This document shows, one piece after another, positions 11,114-21,245 of a DNA stretch of 64,000 nt. The notes below the pieces were generated by a model. The model was given only the letters and a program-made list of their open reading frames with translations, searched no databases and had not been told where the DNA came from. Source of the stretch: a virus. The position numbers were made by a program, and so were the translations under genes. Position 1 is the stretch's first letter, and every line of letters begins with the position of its first letter. The stretch lies in IMG/VR virus record IMGVR_UViG_3300042922_000313, positions 3,079 to 67,078 of that record; one strand, given 5' to 3'.

Positions 11114-12613
11114 TTAAGCAGTTTGCTGTAATAACAAACTGCTTTCTAATTCTTCAATAAATTTATAATTAATATTTAAACTTAAATTATTTTCTATTAA
11201 CCAATCATCAAACTCACCTATATCTAATCTGTAAACAAAATCAAGAAATTGATAAGATGTATTATTTGTGTATCCGTAATTATCATGAAATAATTTATGA
11301 ATTGGTTTACACAGTGCTACACCATATCCATACTTATTATGTAATTCTTTTAGTTTTTCACTGATTGACAACCATTCTTCTCGTGAATAATCTAAAACCT
11401 TTCGTCTTACATCGATATCTAATATTTGAAAAGTTTCATTAACAATATCTCTAAACGGTATTAAATGATGAACGTTGTCAAGCCAACCATTAGTTATAAC
11501 ACATCTATAATTACAAAATTCCATTGATTTTTCTTGCCATTCTTTACTATCACTTCTTAATTCTTGATATAGATTTGTAATACCACCTTTCCAGTTACCG
11601 TTCAACTCACCAGAAAGCGGATTTTGGTATCTTGGATTGTTTTCGCCTTTCCATTTGCCTAATTTTGTATTTCTTTCACTTATCTTTTTACAATGTTGAG
11701 GAGATAATTTCTTTCCATACATCCAACCTTCATGTGTTTTGTAGTATTCTTTTTTAATTTCTGAGATTCTTTTCTTTTGAGAATCAGACATTTTCTTGCC
11801 TTTTAATTTAATAGAACATTTAATCGACCTTTGCTTATTTGCACGATTTTTTGTTTCTTCGGTTTTCAATGCGAAACCATATATACTTGCTCGAGATTCT
11901 AAAGAATGTTTTGTTCTATTAGGAAAGAATTGATTAACCAATTCTTCATTTGTATAGTCTTTATATGTTGATTTTAATAAATCTATTTCATAATCAGACC
12001 ATTTTTCAATTGGTGTATAACTATCAGATAAATAATTACCATAACTTTTATCACAACACCTACAAATATTTCTAATTCCATCTTTACATGTTTTATCATT
12101 GGGAAAATATAGATTAGTTGCTGGTAATTCTTTATCACATTTAATGCAAAATTTGTATCCTTCTTTTGGAATTTTAGTAAGATATTCTGTGAATTTCTTC
12201 CCTTTGCATTCTTTACATTTTTGTAGAAATCCATCCTTTGTATCAAATTTTAAAAAGAAATGATCCGTATCTGCTGGCAATATTCTTTTACACTCATTAC
12301 ATTTTTTGTAACCATCATGTGCCAAATATTCATTTAATATGTTAGCTCTTTTATCAAAATTGACTTTATTTGCACATTTTACACATAATGTTTTTTCGTT
12401 TATATTATGATATTTAGTAAATGTTGCATACCTAGTATCTTTAATTTCTTTACAACAATCACATTCATATATAACTTTTATCGCTGATTTATTAGTTAAA
12501 TCCTCAACTTTTACTGTGATTTTGTCACCAGATTTACAATCATAACCTTTAGATTTATACCAATTTACGACCTTACCGTCAATTTTTAATTCTACTTCCT
12601 TAGTTATTAACAT
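11114..12613 (-). CDS. HNH endonuclease with Zn-ribbon repeats and NUMOD3-like motifs (homing-endonuclease-like)
   Basis: Multiple CxxC pairs; KGKKMSDSQKKRISE and YGKKLSPQHCKKISE NUMOD3-like repeats; HHLIPF...LCKPIHKLFH HNH core. Confidence 0.75.
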   Translation of the reverse strand: MLITKEVELKIDGKVVNWYKSKGYDCKSGDKITVKVEDLTNKSAIKVIYECDCCKEIKDTRYATFTKYHNINEKTLCVKCANKVNFDKRANILNEYLAHDGYKKCNECKRILPADTDHFFLKFDTKDGFLQKCKECKGKKFTEYLTKIPKEGYKFCIKCDKELPATNLYFPNDKTCKDGIRNICRCCDKSYGNYLSDSYTPIEKWSDYEIDLLKSTYKDYTNEELVNQFFPNRTKHSLESRASIYGFALKTEETKNRANKQRSIKCSIKLKGKKMSDSQKKRISEIKKEYYKTHEGWMYGKKLSPQHCKKISERNTKLGKWKGENNPRYQNPLSGELNGNWKGGITNLYQELRSDSKEWQEKSMEFCNYRCVITNGWLDNVHHLIPFRDIVNETFQILDIDVRRKVLDYSREEWLSISEKLKELHNKYGYGVALCKPIHKLFHDNYGYTNNTSYQFLDFVYRLDIGEFDDWLIENNLSLNINYKFIEELESSLLLQQTA

Positions 12614-12652
12614 TTTATTTCACTCGCTTTCTCACTCGCCAAACATTAAAAA

Positions 12653-12718
12653 TAGTAGGAGAGTGCTGCGAGTGTTAGCACATCAGACGGGTAGCTACTC
12701 CACATCTGTCCCCTACTA
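12653..12718 (-). ncRNA. Structured RNA leader upstream of HNH gene
   Basis: Outer stem UAGUAGG/CCUACUA enclosing CAGAUG..CGUCUG and GUGCU..AGCAC hairpins. Confidence 0.5.
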
Positions 12719-12720
12719 GT

Positions 12721-12752
12721 AAAAAGACCATATCCGATGAAAGATATAGTCC
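12721..12752 (-). terminator. Rho-independent terminator
   Basis: GACTATATC-loop-GATATGGTC followed by TTTTT on minus strand. Confidence 0.7.
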
Positions 12753-12764
12753 TTGGTATTACAG

Positions 12765-12950
12765 TTAATTTATCTTTGTTCTTCTAACGTCGTTGTTTGT
12801 GACCTCGTCTTCAGTAATAATACACTCAAATGTAAGAGTATTATCTGCTCCAACAATAGAATCTTTGAATATTACATTACAATTCTTATATTCATCGCCT
12901 AACTTGTTCTTGATGAATTCTTCGTCTATATACAGCTTTAGAATCTTAAT
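12765..12950 (-). CDS. 61-aa hypothetical protein, ATT start
   Basis: Open frame IKILKLYIDEEFIKNKLGDEY...KIN-stop with AGAAGGT SD; ends just before terminator. Confidence 0.5.
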   Translation of the reverse strand: MKILKLYIDEEFIKNKLGDEYKNCNVIFKDSIVGADNTLTFECIITEDEVTNNDVRRTKIN

Positions 12951-13021
12951 AAGTATACCTTCTTTCTATTTTCACACCAAATCCTCAATTTGTAATAGTT
13001 TTATATATACTACATTAAAAA

Positions 13022-13468
13022 TTATTCTTCTTCAAATCCAAACAGAAGAATAGGCACTTCATTTTCCTCTAATTGTTCAATTATTTCCTGATTGAAATCT
13101 TCATCGAATAAGTAAGCAAGAGTAGCTTCAGAGTTAAATGTTTCCCATTCACCAGTTTCATCATTTAATCTAAAAGCTGGTTCACACCATAAATGATATA
13201 TATCATCGATAGTAAGGCAATAAACATCACCATAATCTAAACCTTCACCATCGAAATCAATCATTCCAAGTTTAACTTCATTACCATCAATAACTAATCC
13301 GTGGAAAATTCCAATTAACTCTTCAATAAGTTCAGCTTTAGCATAAACTTCAACTGATTCAAACTTTCTTAGCTGTGTAATTGCCTCAGTAATGTCGTAA
13401 GATAGGCAATCGGAACAACAAAAATCTGTGATTTGTAAAAGCTCTGTTTCCTTAAAATTATATCTCAT
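13022..13468 (-). CDS. Acidic hypothetical protein
   Basis: ORF track 13022..13489; ATG at 13468 follows AGAAGGT SD. Confidence 0.6.
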   Translation of the reverse strand: MRYNFKETELLQITDFCCSDCLSYDITEAITQLRKFESVEVYAKAELIEELIGIFHGLVIDGNEVKLGMIDFDGEGLDYGDVYCLTIDDIYHLWCEPAFRLNDETGEWETFNSEATLAYLFDEDFNQEIIEQLEENEVPILLFGFEEE

Positions 13469-13500
13469 AAAGAAAATACCTTCTTTCAATTGTTTTATAT

Positions 13501-14742
13501 TTAGTTTAATTGTACATCTTTAATTAATTCAATCTGGTTTGGTTTAGTGATAATAATAGTCTGACTTGCAATGGTAGCACATCCAAAAGCAGTACTGTAG
13601 TCGTTATATCCGCTTAAACAGCCACCAGATACAATATATCTACCTCTATTCTCAGAAATGACTCTATGATTATGCTCATGACCTTTTAGCATTAGATTAT
13701 AAAATTCTTCATCCATTGAAATGTCATTCTTTAAGTCTTGTTTATCATCTTTTGCACCTTTATCTCCATGTTTAGCTTTAACCAATAACCCGTTAATTTC
13801 TTTTACGATTTCCTTATCAGTGTGTGGTCTATCAACCACTCTAAGTCTAACCATTTGAGCCAATTCAGTGTACCTTTTAATTTGCTCTCTTACGATGGTA
13901 TCTGCATTATCTCCATCCTGATTAGCAGAGTAGTCACCATTAGTCCTATCGTGATTTCCGTAAATACTATCATATTCAACGTTACAGTATTTACATAAAG
14001 CAACTAAAAGTCTAAAGATAATTTCAATAGCATGGTTTATCTGTTGAGATTGATTAAACTCACAAAACTGAGATTGATTCTTTCTCATTGATATATGCTC
14101 AATCATATCACCTGTATTGATGACATAAACTTTTTTAATATCGTACATTTTTATGTATTTGTAGCAAGCATCAATTAACTGATCTACTCGTTCATTAGCA
14201 ATTTTCCAATTAAAATAATTACCTTTGCAGTTCTGTATAATGTAACCAATGTGCCAATCAGTGATGTGAACAATCATTTCATATTCACCATCTTCACATT
14301 CTTTTAATTTAACACTACAATATTCAGGAACATTAACAACGAATCCATTTTCTTCTTGAATTGCCGCTAATTCTTCTGCGATTGAAATTGACTTTACAAA
14401 CTCGTTTTTAAACTTATTAATCTGTTTGTTTTCATTTTGTAGTTGTTTCTTTAAAAGATAATGTTCACCGATTAACTCTTTAGCTTTTGCAATCTTTGTA
14501 GTAGAAGAGGAGTCTAATATTCCTTTCCACTTTAAATATTCAGCTACAAATGCACCACCAAATATTGTTTGTGAAGCCTTACGTATAGTATCATAATGAG
14601 CATTTACTTTATATAAGTCTTTAATTTCACTGAAATCATAATCGTTAAGACCTAATTGCCTTTTAGAAATTGTATCTAGGCACTCATCATATTGTTCAAT
14701 AGTAAGTCCGTATTTGGCAATTTCTTCTTCAAATTTATATAT
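13501..14742 (-). CDS. Calcineurin-like metallophosphoesterase (YonJ-like), about 413 aa with ATA start
   Basis: Motifs TDWH, TGD, GNHD, HGD, GHEH; frame stays open 155 codons upstream of the called ATG, to an ATA behind SD AGAGAGGA. Confidence 0.7.
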   Translation of the reverse strand: MYKFEEEIAKYGLTIEQYDECLDTISKRQLGLNDYDFSEIKDLYKVNAHYDTIRKASQTIFGGAFVAEYLKWKGILDSSSTTKIAKAKELIGEHYLLKKQLQNENKQINKFKNEFVKSISIAEELAAIQEENGFVVNVPEYCSVKLKECEDGEYEMIVHITDWHIGYIIQNCKGNYFNWKIANERVDQLIDACYKYIKMYDIKKVYVINTGDMIEHISMRKNQSQFCEFNQSQQINHAIEIIFRLLVALCKYCNVEYDSIYGNHDRTNGDYSANQDGDNADTIVREQIKRYTELAQMVRLRVVDRPHTDKEIVKEINGLLVKAKHGDKGAKDDKQDLKNDISMDEEFYNLMLKGHEHNHRVISENRGRYIVSGGCLSGYNDYSTAFGCATIASQTIIITKPNQIELIKDVQLN

Positions 14743-14884
14743 ATTAATTCATCCTCTCTTCAATCTGCAAAATAGCAGAGTAGTTGTATAATTTTTATTG
14801 ACATAACACCAAATAGGTGTATAATGATATTTGTGGAAATATTGCTTAAAATGCCATTAAAATAAAAATTAATCAAAGATACAT

Positions 14885-15160
14885 TTAATGTCGTTTTCTT
14901 TTATTGCGCTTTTTATCTTCAAAATCATCTTCATCATAATCTTCAGAAGTTGTAATATCAAAACCCATTACATGTGTATCTATTGGTTCTATTTCAGCTT
15001 GTAATTCTTGAATCTGTTTATTAAGTTTTAAAACAGGCTTTGATACGTAACCTTTTAACAATTCAAGAGCAGTAACAGCAGACTCAGCCAACGACTCTAT
15101 AATCGGTATTGCAGCTACATAAAATACTATTCCTAGTATAAAGTATTTTAATTGTTTCAT
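14885..15160 (-). CDS. Small membrane protein
   Basis: N-terminal hydrophobic helix, GGAGG SD. Confidence 0.55.
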   Translation of the reverse strand: MKQLKYFILGIVFYVAAIPIIESLAESAVTALELLKGYVSKPVLKLNKQIQELQAEIEPIDTHVMGFDITTSEDYDEDDFEDKKRNKRKRH

Positions 15161-15171
15161 GGAGACACCTC

Positions 15172-16608
15172 CTATAAATGCACAACCATATCTTTAGTTG
15201 AACAAATAACTCTAGTTGTTTTGTCCTTCTTTGATATAGATTCTTGCATATCTTTTTGTAAGTCTAGTTTCGCTTGATTATTTCCATGCACCAAAATGAT
15301 TTTTTCTGTGTTTAATTCTGATCCTATTTCAACCAGTTCTTCGTGACTCGCATGAGAACTAAAAGTTGAAAGCGTAATACAGTCTGCGCGATTAGGAATT
15401 GGTTTTTTATTAATAGTCAATGTCTTATTGTCTTTAAAATTTTTAATCCTATAAGACAAATAAGAACTATCACCACCAACATACCCAGAAAATATAATCA
15501 TATTTCTATCGTCTTTTAAGTACTCTTGTAGATATGTAACTACCCTGCCGTTGGTACAGAAACCAGAACTGCTTATTACGATTTTTGGTTTTTCATCTTT
15601 TACACATGCTGTTGAATCTGATTTTTCACTAATAAATTTAACGTTTTCCCAATTATAAACCTTATTCCAAAGCTTTAAATCATCGCCTGTGAGTACTTCA
15701 CTATATAAATCACAAATATCGCAACTTAATTTAGAGTCAACTACAACATCATAAGTAAATGATTTATCTTCGTGATATAATTCATATATTGTAGTTAATA
15801 ATTCTTGTGTTCTTGAAAATGAAAATGCCGGAAGTAAAACTTTACCCTTGCGTTCCATTACTGTATTAATTGCAACACGTAAATGCTCTATATCAAAATT
15901 TCTTGTCTTTTTATTTATTCTTGATTTTTCACCGTATGTAGATTCCATAATTGTAATCTTGTTAAAGTCTTTGCATATTTCGGTATTCTCTACATAATGA
16001 TTTTTGCTATTAGTAGAACCGACATCGCTGGTATATAATATAGATGTTTTGCCATCGTTACCATTTAATATAAGTTGTAACTGTTTGGCTCCCACGCAAT
16101 GAGAATTTCTATACCATTTAAAACTAACAACATCGTCTAATTTATATATCTTGTCGTAGTTATCAAATTCATAAACATAATCCAATGCACGATATACATC
16201 ATCCTCAATGTAAATAGGAGAGTAATCACGTTTGAATTTTTTTGTAAGCATTCTTGCTTCGGAATCCATAATAAAACTACTATTTAACAACATTGGTTCA
16301 AGGAAAGCAGCTACACTATGACAGGTAATTACTTTACCTTTAAACCCTTCTTTAATTAAACGTGGAAGAAGCCCCTGATGATCCAAATGTTGGTGATTTA
16401 TAAAACAATAATCAATTTCTTTTGGGTTAAATTTAAATTTATCTGTATTAACTTTATAAGATTCTAAAATTCCATTTGATTGAAACAATCCAATCTCTAA
16501 TAAAATTTGCTTTCCGTTATATTTAATTACGATACAGCTTCCAGTAACATCCTGAGAATTTTGTCCGACGAAGAATATACCGTCTCCAGTTAACTTTTTC
16601 TTGGCAAT
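15172..16608 (-). CDS. Metallo-beta-lactamase fold beta-CASP ribonuclease, about 478 aa with ATT start
   Basis: HQHLDH, ESTYG, SHASH, VHG motifs; upstream extension supplies the conserved VTGSC..ILLEIG N-terminus. Confidence 0.85.
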   Translation of the reverse strand: MAKKKLTGDGIFFVGQNSQDVTGSCIVIKYNGKQILLEIGLFQSNGILESYKVNTDKFKFNPKEIDYCFINHQHLDHQGLLPRLIKEGFKGKVITCHSVAAFLEPMLLNSSFIMDSEARMLTKKFKRDYSPIYIEDDVYRALDYVYEFDNYDKIYKLDDVVSFKWYRNSHCVGAKQLQLILNGNDGKTSILYTSDVGSTNSKNHYVENTEICKDFNKITIMESTYGEKSRINKKTRNFDIEHLRVAINTVMERKGKVLLPAFSFSRTQELLTTIYELYHEDKSFTYDVVVDSKLSCDICDLYSEVLTGDDLKLWNKVYNWENVKFISEKSDSTACVKDEKPKIVISSSGFCTNGRVVTYLQEYLKDDRNMIIFSGYVGGDSSYLSYRIKNFKDNKTLTINKKPIPNRADCITLSTFSSHASHEELVEIGSELNTEKIILVHGNNQAKLDLQKDMQESISKKDKTTRVICSTKDMVVHL

Positions 16609-16641
16609 AATAAAAACCGCCCTTCTATAATGTATTTTGTA

Positions 16642-16803
16642 TTACTTAACTTTAATTAGACTCCTATAAACATTTAAAAATTCTACAGCATGTTGATCCT
16701 CTGTAAGATAGTAACATTTGTAAGTTCCATGTCCATGATGAACGTGTTCTCCAAACCCACCTTTTCTTAAAGCTGTTGCTTCGTGTTTTTCAATCTTTAA
16801 AAT
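16642..16803 (-). CDS. 53-aa hypothetical protein, ATT start
   Basis: AAGGAG SD 6 nt before ATT; ILKIEKHEATALRKGGFGEHVHHGHGTYKCYYLTED... Confidence 0.5.
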   Translation of the reverse strand: MLKIEKHEATALRKGGFGEHVHHGHGTYKCYYLTEDQHAVEFLNVYRSLIKVK

Positions 16804-16871
16804 AAGTAGCTCCTTCTTTCATTATAAATTTTGATTTCACTGAAGTAGTGAAAGTTCACATAATAGTGAAA

Positions 16872-16953
16872 CGCTAACGGTAGGATTCGAACCCACAAGC
16901 CTTTCGACAAACGATTTTCAAGACCGCATCCTTTACCACTCGGACACGTTAGC
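16872..16953 (-). tRNA. tRNA-Ser(UGA)
   Basis: Acceptor GCTAACG/CGTTAGC, anticodon loop CT-TGA-AA, long variable arm, GTTCGAATC T-loop; CCA not encoded. Confidence 0.9.
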
Positions 16954-16956
16954 AAA

Positions 16957-17045
16957 CGCAGAATAGTGGATTTGAACCACTACAGCCATATAGCTTACTC
17001 ACAGTTTAGCAAACTGCTCCCTTACCAGATTAGGGTTAATTCTGC
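16957..17045 (-). tRNA. tRNA-Ser(GCU)
   Basis: Acceptor GCAGAAT/ATTCTGC, anticodon loop TT-GCT-AA, long variable arm, GTTCAAATC T-loop. Confidence 0.85.
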
Positions 17046-17046
17046 A

Positions 17047-17075
17047 TAAAAAAAGACCCTCCGAAGAAGTCTTTT
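17047..17075 (-). terminator. Terminator-like hairpin just upstream of tRNA pair
   Basis: AAAAGAC..GTCTTTT stem with UUCG-type loop and T-run. Confidence 0.55.
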
Positions 17076-17624
17076 AGTTTTATAAAAAGAGGCTGCCATT
17101 CATGACTGACAACCTCAAACAAATGGCTCACTATGGGACACTTCAATGAGAGGTGTAGTGAGAACTGTTAATGATTTACGCAACATAGCATGTTTGCGGA
17201 TAAATAATGTTGTACATATTCTAAATTGTCCATTTAAGGATTTTTTGTAAATTTAGTTTTTTATGATTAACCATACCACATGAGTAAATATGGTTTGATC
17301 CATTATTAATTTCTTTCTCAAGCAGACAGCATGACCTATATTCACAAGCCACGCCATCCACTATCTGAAAGGAGAAGAGAATGAAAATAATATAAGAATC
17401 CGAATAGGAGAGTAGTGTGTCATCAAAAGAGTATTTTATTGTTTTATATATGTTATAATAATAAAAAAATATGGGAGACACAAATTGCGTTCTTCATTCA
17501 TATATTACACTTTTTGTCAGTCCCCTTTATGTCATTATCTCTAAAAATTAATTTTAAATAAAAATCGTTACAACCATTGAAAATAGGGGCATTGTAGATA
17601 TTGTAATAATAACTTGTGTTTGAT

Positions 17625-20597
17625 TTATAAATTTTTTATTCTATTTTTTCGCATGTTTTCTCTAGTTTTCTCTTTATTCACCTCTTTAGCACATATCTTA
17701 CAATACTTCGGTTTATTATTTCTTTTTGTATTATATTCAAATCTTTCACCACATTTTTCACAAATCTTAGTTCCTTCAAGATTGCGTTTAATATTTTCAT
17801 ATATCATATCTCCAAATAACCTCCATAACGTATCTTTATTAATATCTCCTTGTAATGATTTCACTAATACATCGGCGATGTACTCCGCAGGCTCATCAAT
17901 TATCTCTACAAATCTGTCTTTTTGTTTAATTGAATCAAACTCTAATTGCAATTTCACTTTCTTTTTTTCATCTATTTCAAGACTATTTAAGTCAATATAA
18001 GATAACTTCCTTATGTTTGAATCGTTAATTGATTGGTATAACTCTATAATTTGTTTCGTTTTTTCAGTATTCTTATCTACATCTGGATTACTCATCAAAG
18101 TTTTATATGTATATTTGCCTAGTAAATCTTTAAATACTATACGGTTACTTTTAACAACATTGTAAATCCGATCTATGTTGCATTTCCCAAGAGACTCTAC
18201 TTGGTTTACAGTCTTTCCTTTAGCATAGATAAAAAAATGTGGAACCTTTTTACCACTATAATTCTTATACCGTTTTAATATATGTTTAGGTATTGTCGGT
18301 TTATATAATGTCTTAGCAAAATCAATAGTAAAATTAACATCGACACATCTTAATGCAACTATTTCTATTGCTTCTTCGACTTCTTCTTTTTTACTGTCTG
18401 GGCTAAGAGTCATAAATATTTTAGTGATCTCATTGCTAGGTGTGCCTATGTTACCGTGATGATATGCCAACACAATTCCTTCATAAAGAGTTGTATTATT
18501 TAACTCTGTTGGATTGGCTTTTGGCATTTCATAATAATTTGGTATCATCCCGTATTTCTTTTGAAACCTCTTTGAACAATCAATAATGGTGCGGTTCCTA
18601 TGAACTAGAAGTTTATCTCCATCATTATCATACATGAGAAGTTTACTCATGGTATCTTTAACTCCAATATATACACCTTTTGATTTTACCCATTGTTTAC
18701 TGTCTTCGTTATATTTGTTTTTTCTTATACAATGAGCATGATCAAGATGAGGCGATCTCAAACAATCAACTTCTTCATCATCTTCAAATAGTGAGCAGCA
18801 TACTTCATTTTCTTTTACAAATCCTAAATTATCTAAATTTCTCTCATCAGTAAACCACCACTGTAAACATGCTAAAACATCTGGAACTGCAAAAGTATAC
18901 GCGCCTTCAATGCTGAATTTCCCACTTCTAAACTTGTTAATCATGCTATTTTTCGTATTTTTCAATAGAGATTTTACATAGTAATCTTTAAGCATCTCAG
19001 GATAGAGTAGTAGTGACTTTTGTAAATAGGTTAATTTATCATTTTTATCTTCATTTGCACCAAGTACATTTAACATACATTCAACATTATTACCAATTCC
19101 ATTAAGATTGTCGATATCATATGATGATAACTCTTTAATTTCTCCATCTGTCATTTCTGTTGTCAAAGTTTGTAATATCTGGTAATTGGTTTTTGCGTTT
19201 AATTTAACCTTTTTTTCAACATTGCATCTACAAGCGTCACATTGGTATTGTTTGAAATTATCCTTATATACCTCCCAACCCGTCTTAATTACAACATTAT
19301 TATCATCTAAAATATTTTGAAAATATTTATGCATTTTAAACTGTGACTCGGTGAATATGTAATCTACATCATCGATATAGTGCATTTTCCCATATATATC
19401 AATGATTTTTTTGATTTTGATTCCATGTTTTTCACAATAATCCTTAAAAGCTTTTCTTGAAACATAGGCAATTAACCCCTTAATAAACGGAAGTCTTATC
19501 ATCGCTGATGGCATTTTTTTTAGTGAGATTCCAAAACCATCTGTAAAAGGAATTTTGATAGGCATATTACAAATACATGGTTTGTGATATTTGTTTCTTA
19601 TTTTATCTATTTCATCTAAAGTTTCTTTTTTTAGCCACCTAACATCTTTTTCATGATCAATTTCATGTTTTCCACGTCTTACACCTTTGTTTTTACTGAG
19701 CTTTATGATTCTTAACTCTTTAGAAATACCATCTAATTTTTCTTGTAATTCAATTAATTTATCTTTGTCTTCAGGTGTTTCAGTGTAAATATATCTTACA
19801 GTCTGATTAAGAATTTCATACTCTATATCTGGAACGACTATAGCTTTATCAATATCAAAACCCTTCCAAATTTCGCTGTTTGTCTGACACAAACTTGTAT
19901 ATGCAAGAAACTTATTTGTATTCATACCGCCAAGATTATTAATAATTTCTCTTGAAAGCCCACAAAACAATCTGTTAAAGTTTTCATTCAGTTTTTCCTC
20001 TGATACAAACGTACTCTTTTTACACCGTGTTTGACCTGCCCCCGCAGTAAAGAATACAAAATGTTTATCATTATAATCAAAACCTTTATGTATAATACTA
20101 TCAAATATTTCAGTATAATATGTAACTACACTAATAATATCATCACTATGTTGTAGATCTTTACAGCCAAAACATCTTGTTAAATCGCTTTCAAAAATAG
20201 CAATGTTACGAAATTGGTCTTCGTTTTTAAATTCTCTATTATCGTATATTTGACGTTTTATTCTCGTATTATTTGATAGCATGTTTCGGAATATGGATTC
20301 TGCGTAATCTTCAATTTTCTTACACTTTTGTAATTTATAATGACACATTTCTAAATGTTGATATAACCATTTATAACGAGTTTCATCTTCGTCAATATAC
20401 ATTAAAATACTTTCAATGATACTGATTGCTTTGTTATAGTGGTATTTTTTCTTTTTCATTATACCAATTTTCTTATATATCTTATATTCCTTTTCTGTTA
20501 AAAGTGGTTCAAACCCAATGTTTAATATCTCTATTATTGACTTACCATCTCCGTACTCAGGCTTTCTTAAATTGACACCTTCAATTATGTTGTCCAT
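17625..20597 (-). CDS. yonO: YonO-type single-subunit (two-barrel) phage RNA polymerase
   Basis: 990 aa with catalytic DNDGD, upstream RSPH, TDGFG and IRLPFIKG motifs; precedes the late operon as in SPbeta. Confidence 0.85.
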   Translation of the reverse strand: MDNIIEGVNLRKPEYGDGKSIIEILNIGFEPLLTEKEYKIYKKIGIMKKKKYHYNKAISIIESILMYIDEDETRYKWLYQHLEMCHYKLQKCKKIEDYAESIFRNMLSNNTRIKRQIYDNREFKNEDQFRNIAIFESDLTRCFGCKDLQHSDDIISVVTYYTEIFDSIIHKGFDYNDKHFVFFTAGAGQTRCKKSTFVSEEKLNENFNRLFCGLSREIINNLGGMNTNKFLAYTSLCQTNSEIWKGFDIDKAIVVPDIEYEILNQTVRYIYTETPEDKDKLIELQEKLDGISKELRIIKLSKNKGVRRGKHEIDHEKDVRWLKKETLDEIDKIRNKYHKPCICNMPIKIPFTDGFGISLKKMPSAMIRLPFIKGLIAYVSRKAFKDYCEKHGIKIKKIIDIYGKMHYIDDVDYIFTESQFKMHKYFQNILDDNNVVIKTGWEVYKDNFKQYQCDACRCNVEKKVKLNAKTNYQILQTLTTEMTDGEIKELSSYDIDNLNGIGNNVECMLNVLGANEDKNDKLTYLQKSLLLYPEMLKDYYVKSLLKNTKNSMINKFRSGKFSIEGAYTFAVPDVLACLQWWFTDERNLDNLGFVKENEVCCSLFEDDEEVDCLRSPHLDHAHCIRKNKYNEDSKQWVKSKGVYIGVKDTMSKLLMYDNDGDKLLVHRNRTIIDCSKRFQKKYGMIPNYYEMPKANPTELNNTTLYEGIVLAYHHGNIGTPSNEITKIFMTLSPDSKKEEVEEAIEIVALRCVDVNFTIDFAKTLYKPTIPKHILKRYKNYSGKKVPHFFIYAKGKTVNQVESLGKCNIDRIYNVVKSNRIVFKDLLGKYTYKTLMSNPDVDKNTEKTKQIIELYQSINDSNIRKLSYIDLNSLEIDEKKKVKLQLEFDSIKQKDRFVEIIDEPAEYIADVLVKSLQGDINKDTLWRLFGDMIYENIKRNLEGTKICEKCGERFEYNTKRNNKPKYCKICAKEVNKEKTRENMRKNRIKNL

Positions 20598-20624
20598 TTA
20601 ATAATCTTCCTTTCTATGATTTAA

Positions 20625-20867
20625 TTAAATTCCGTTACATTCCCAAAAAGCATCTACTGAACCATAGGCATCTGACACAATGTCACAAAATGATTCATAT
20701 CCATCTTTATTATCTTGAGCATTTTCAAGACATTCATCATAGCATTCGCAATCCTCACATTTTTTATATCTGTCGTCATATTCATCAAACTCACATGATC
20801 CCCACAAATTTAATAAATAATCATCTGTATCCTCATAATCAAATTCTTCATACTCATATTTCTTCAT
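20625..20867 (-). CDS. Small acidic Cys-rich protein
   Basis: 80 aa with CxxCxCxxxC; AGGAG SD. Confidence 0.55.
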   Translation of the reverse strand: MKKYEYEEFDYEDTDDYLLNLWGSCEFDEYDDRYKKCEDCECYDECLENAQDNKDGYESFCDIVSDAYGSVDAFWECNGI

Positions 20868-20964
20868 CTCTTCATTCTCCTTTAAATTTATATTATTTTA
20901 ATTACTACCTTTCACATAAAACCTACATTTCATAAGTTGATGTTTTATATATGCTATGCAAAAC

Positions 20965-21195
20965 CTACTTCCAACAGCAATAACACTCATTTTTATCATT
21001 CCACTCAACATAAATATACGGTAACTTATTTAGTATCAATCGCAACATTTTTCGTGTATATACGCAGCACTGTTCACCACTTTGAATGTCATATATGTAT
21101 TCGTTTGCAATTTCTTGTAGATACTCGTATTTATCTATTGTATTGGGTGGAGCAGTAGTAGTATCATATGTATCATTCCATTCATTTTGTTTCAT
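20965..21195 (-). CDS. Hypothetical protein
   Basis: 76 aa with GAGG SD. Confidence 0.5.
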   Translation of the reverse strand: MKQNEWNDTYDTTTAPPNTIDKYEYLQEIANEYIYDIQSGEQCCVYTRKMLRLILNKLPYIYVEWNDKNECYCCWK

Positions 21196-21245
21196 TTTAT
21201 TTTCCTCTTTCTCGCATTTTAGCGTATATTATAGTTTTATATTTG

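Noticed and set aside
11114-12613. Group I intron or intein interrupting the terminase genes
   Set aside because: Flanking genes look intact, the ORF is free-standing, and no intron core or intein motifs were recognised
16872-17045. Suppressor or selenocysteine tRNA, or genetic-code change
   Set aside because: Anticodons are UGA and GCU (both Ser), and long genes read through under the standard code
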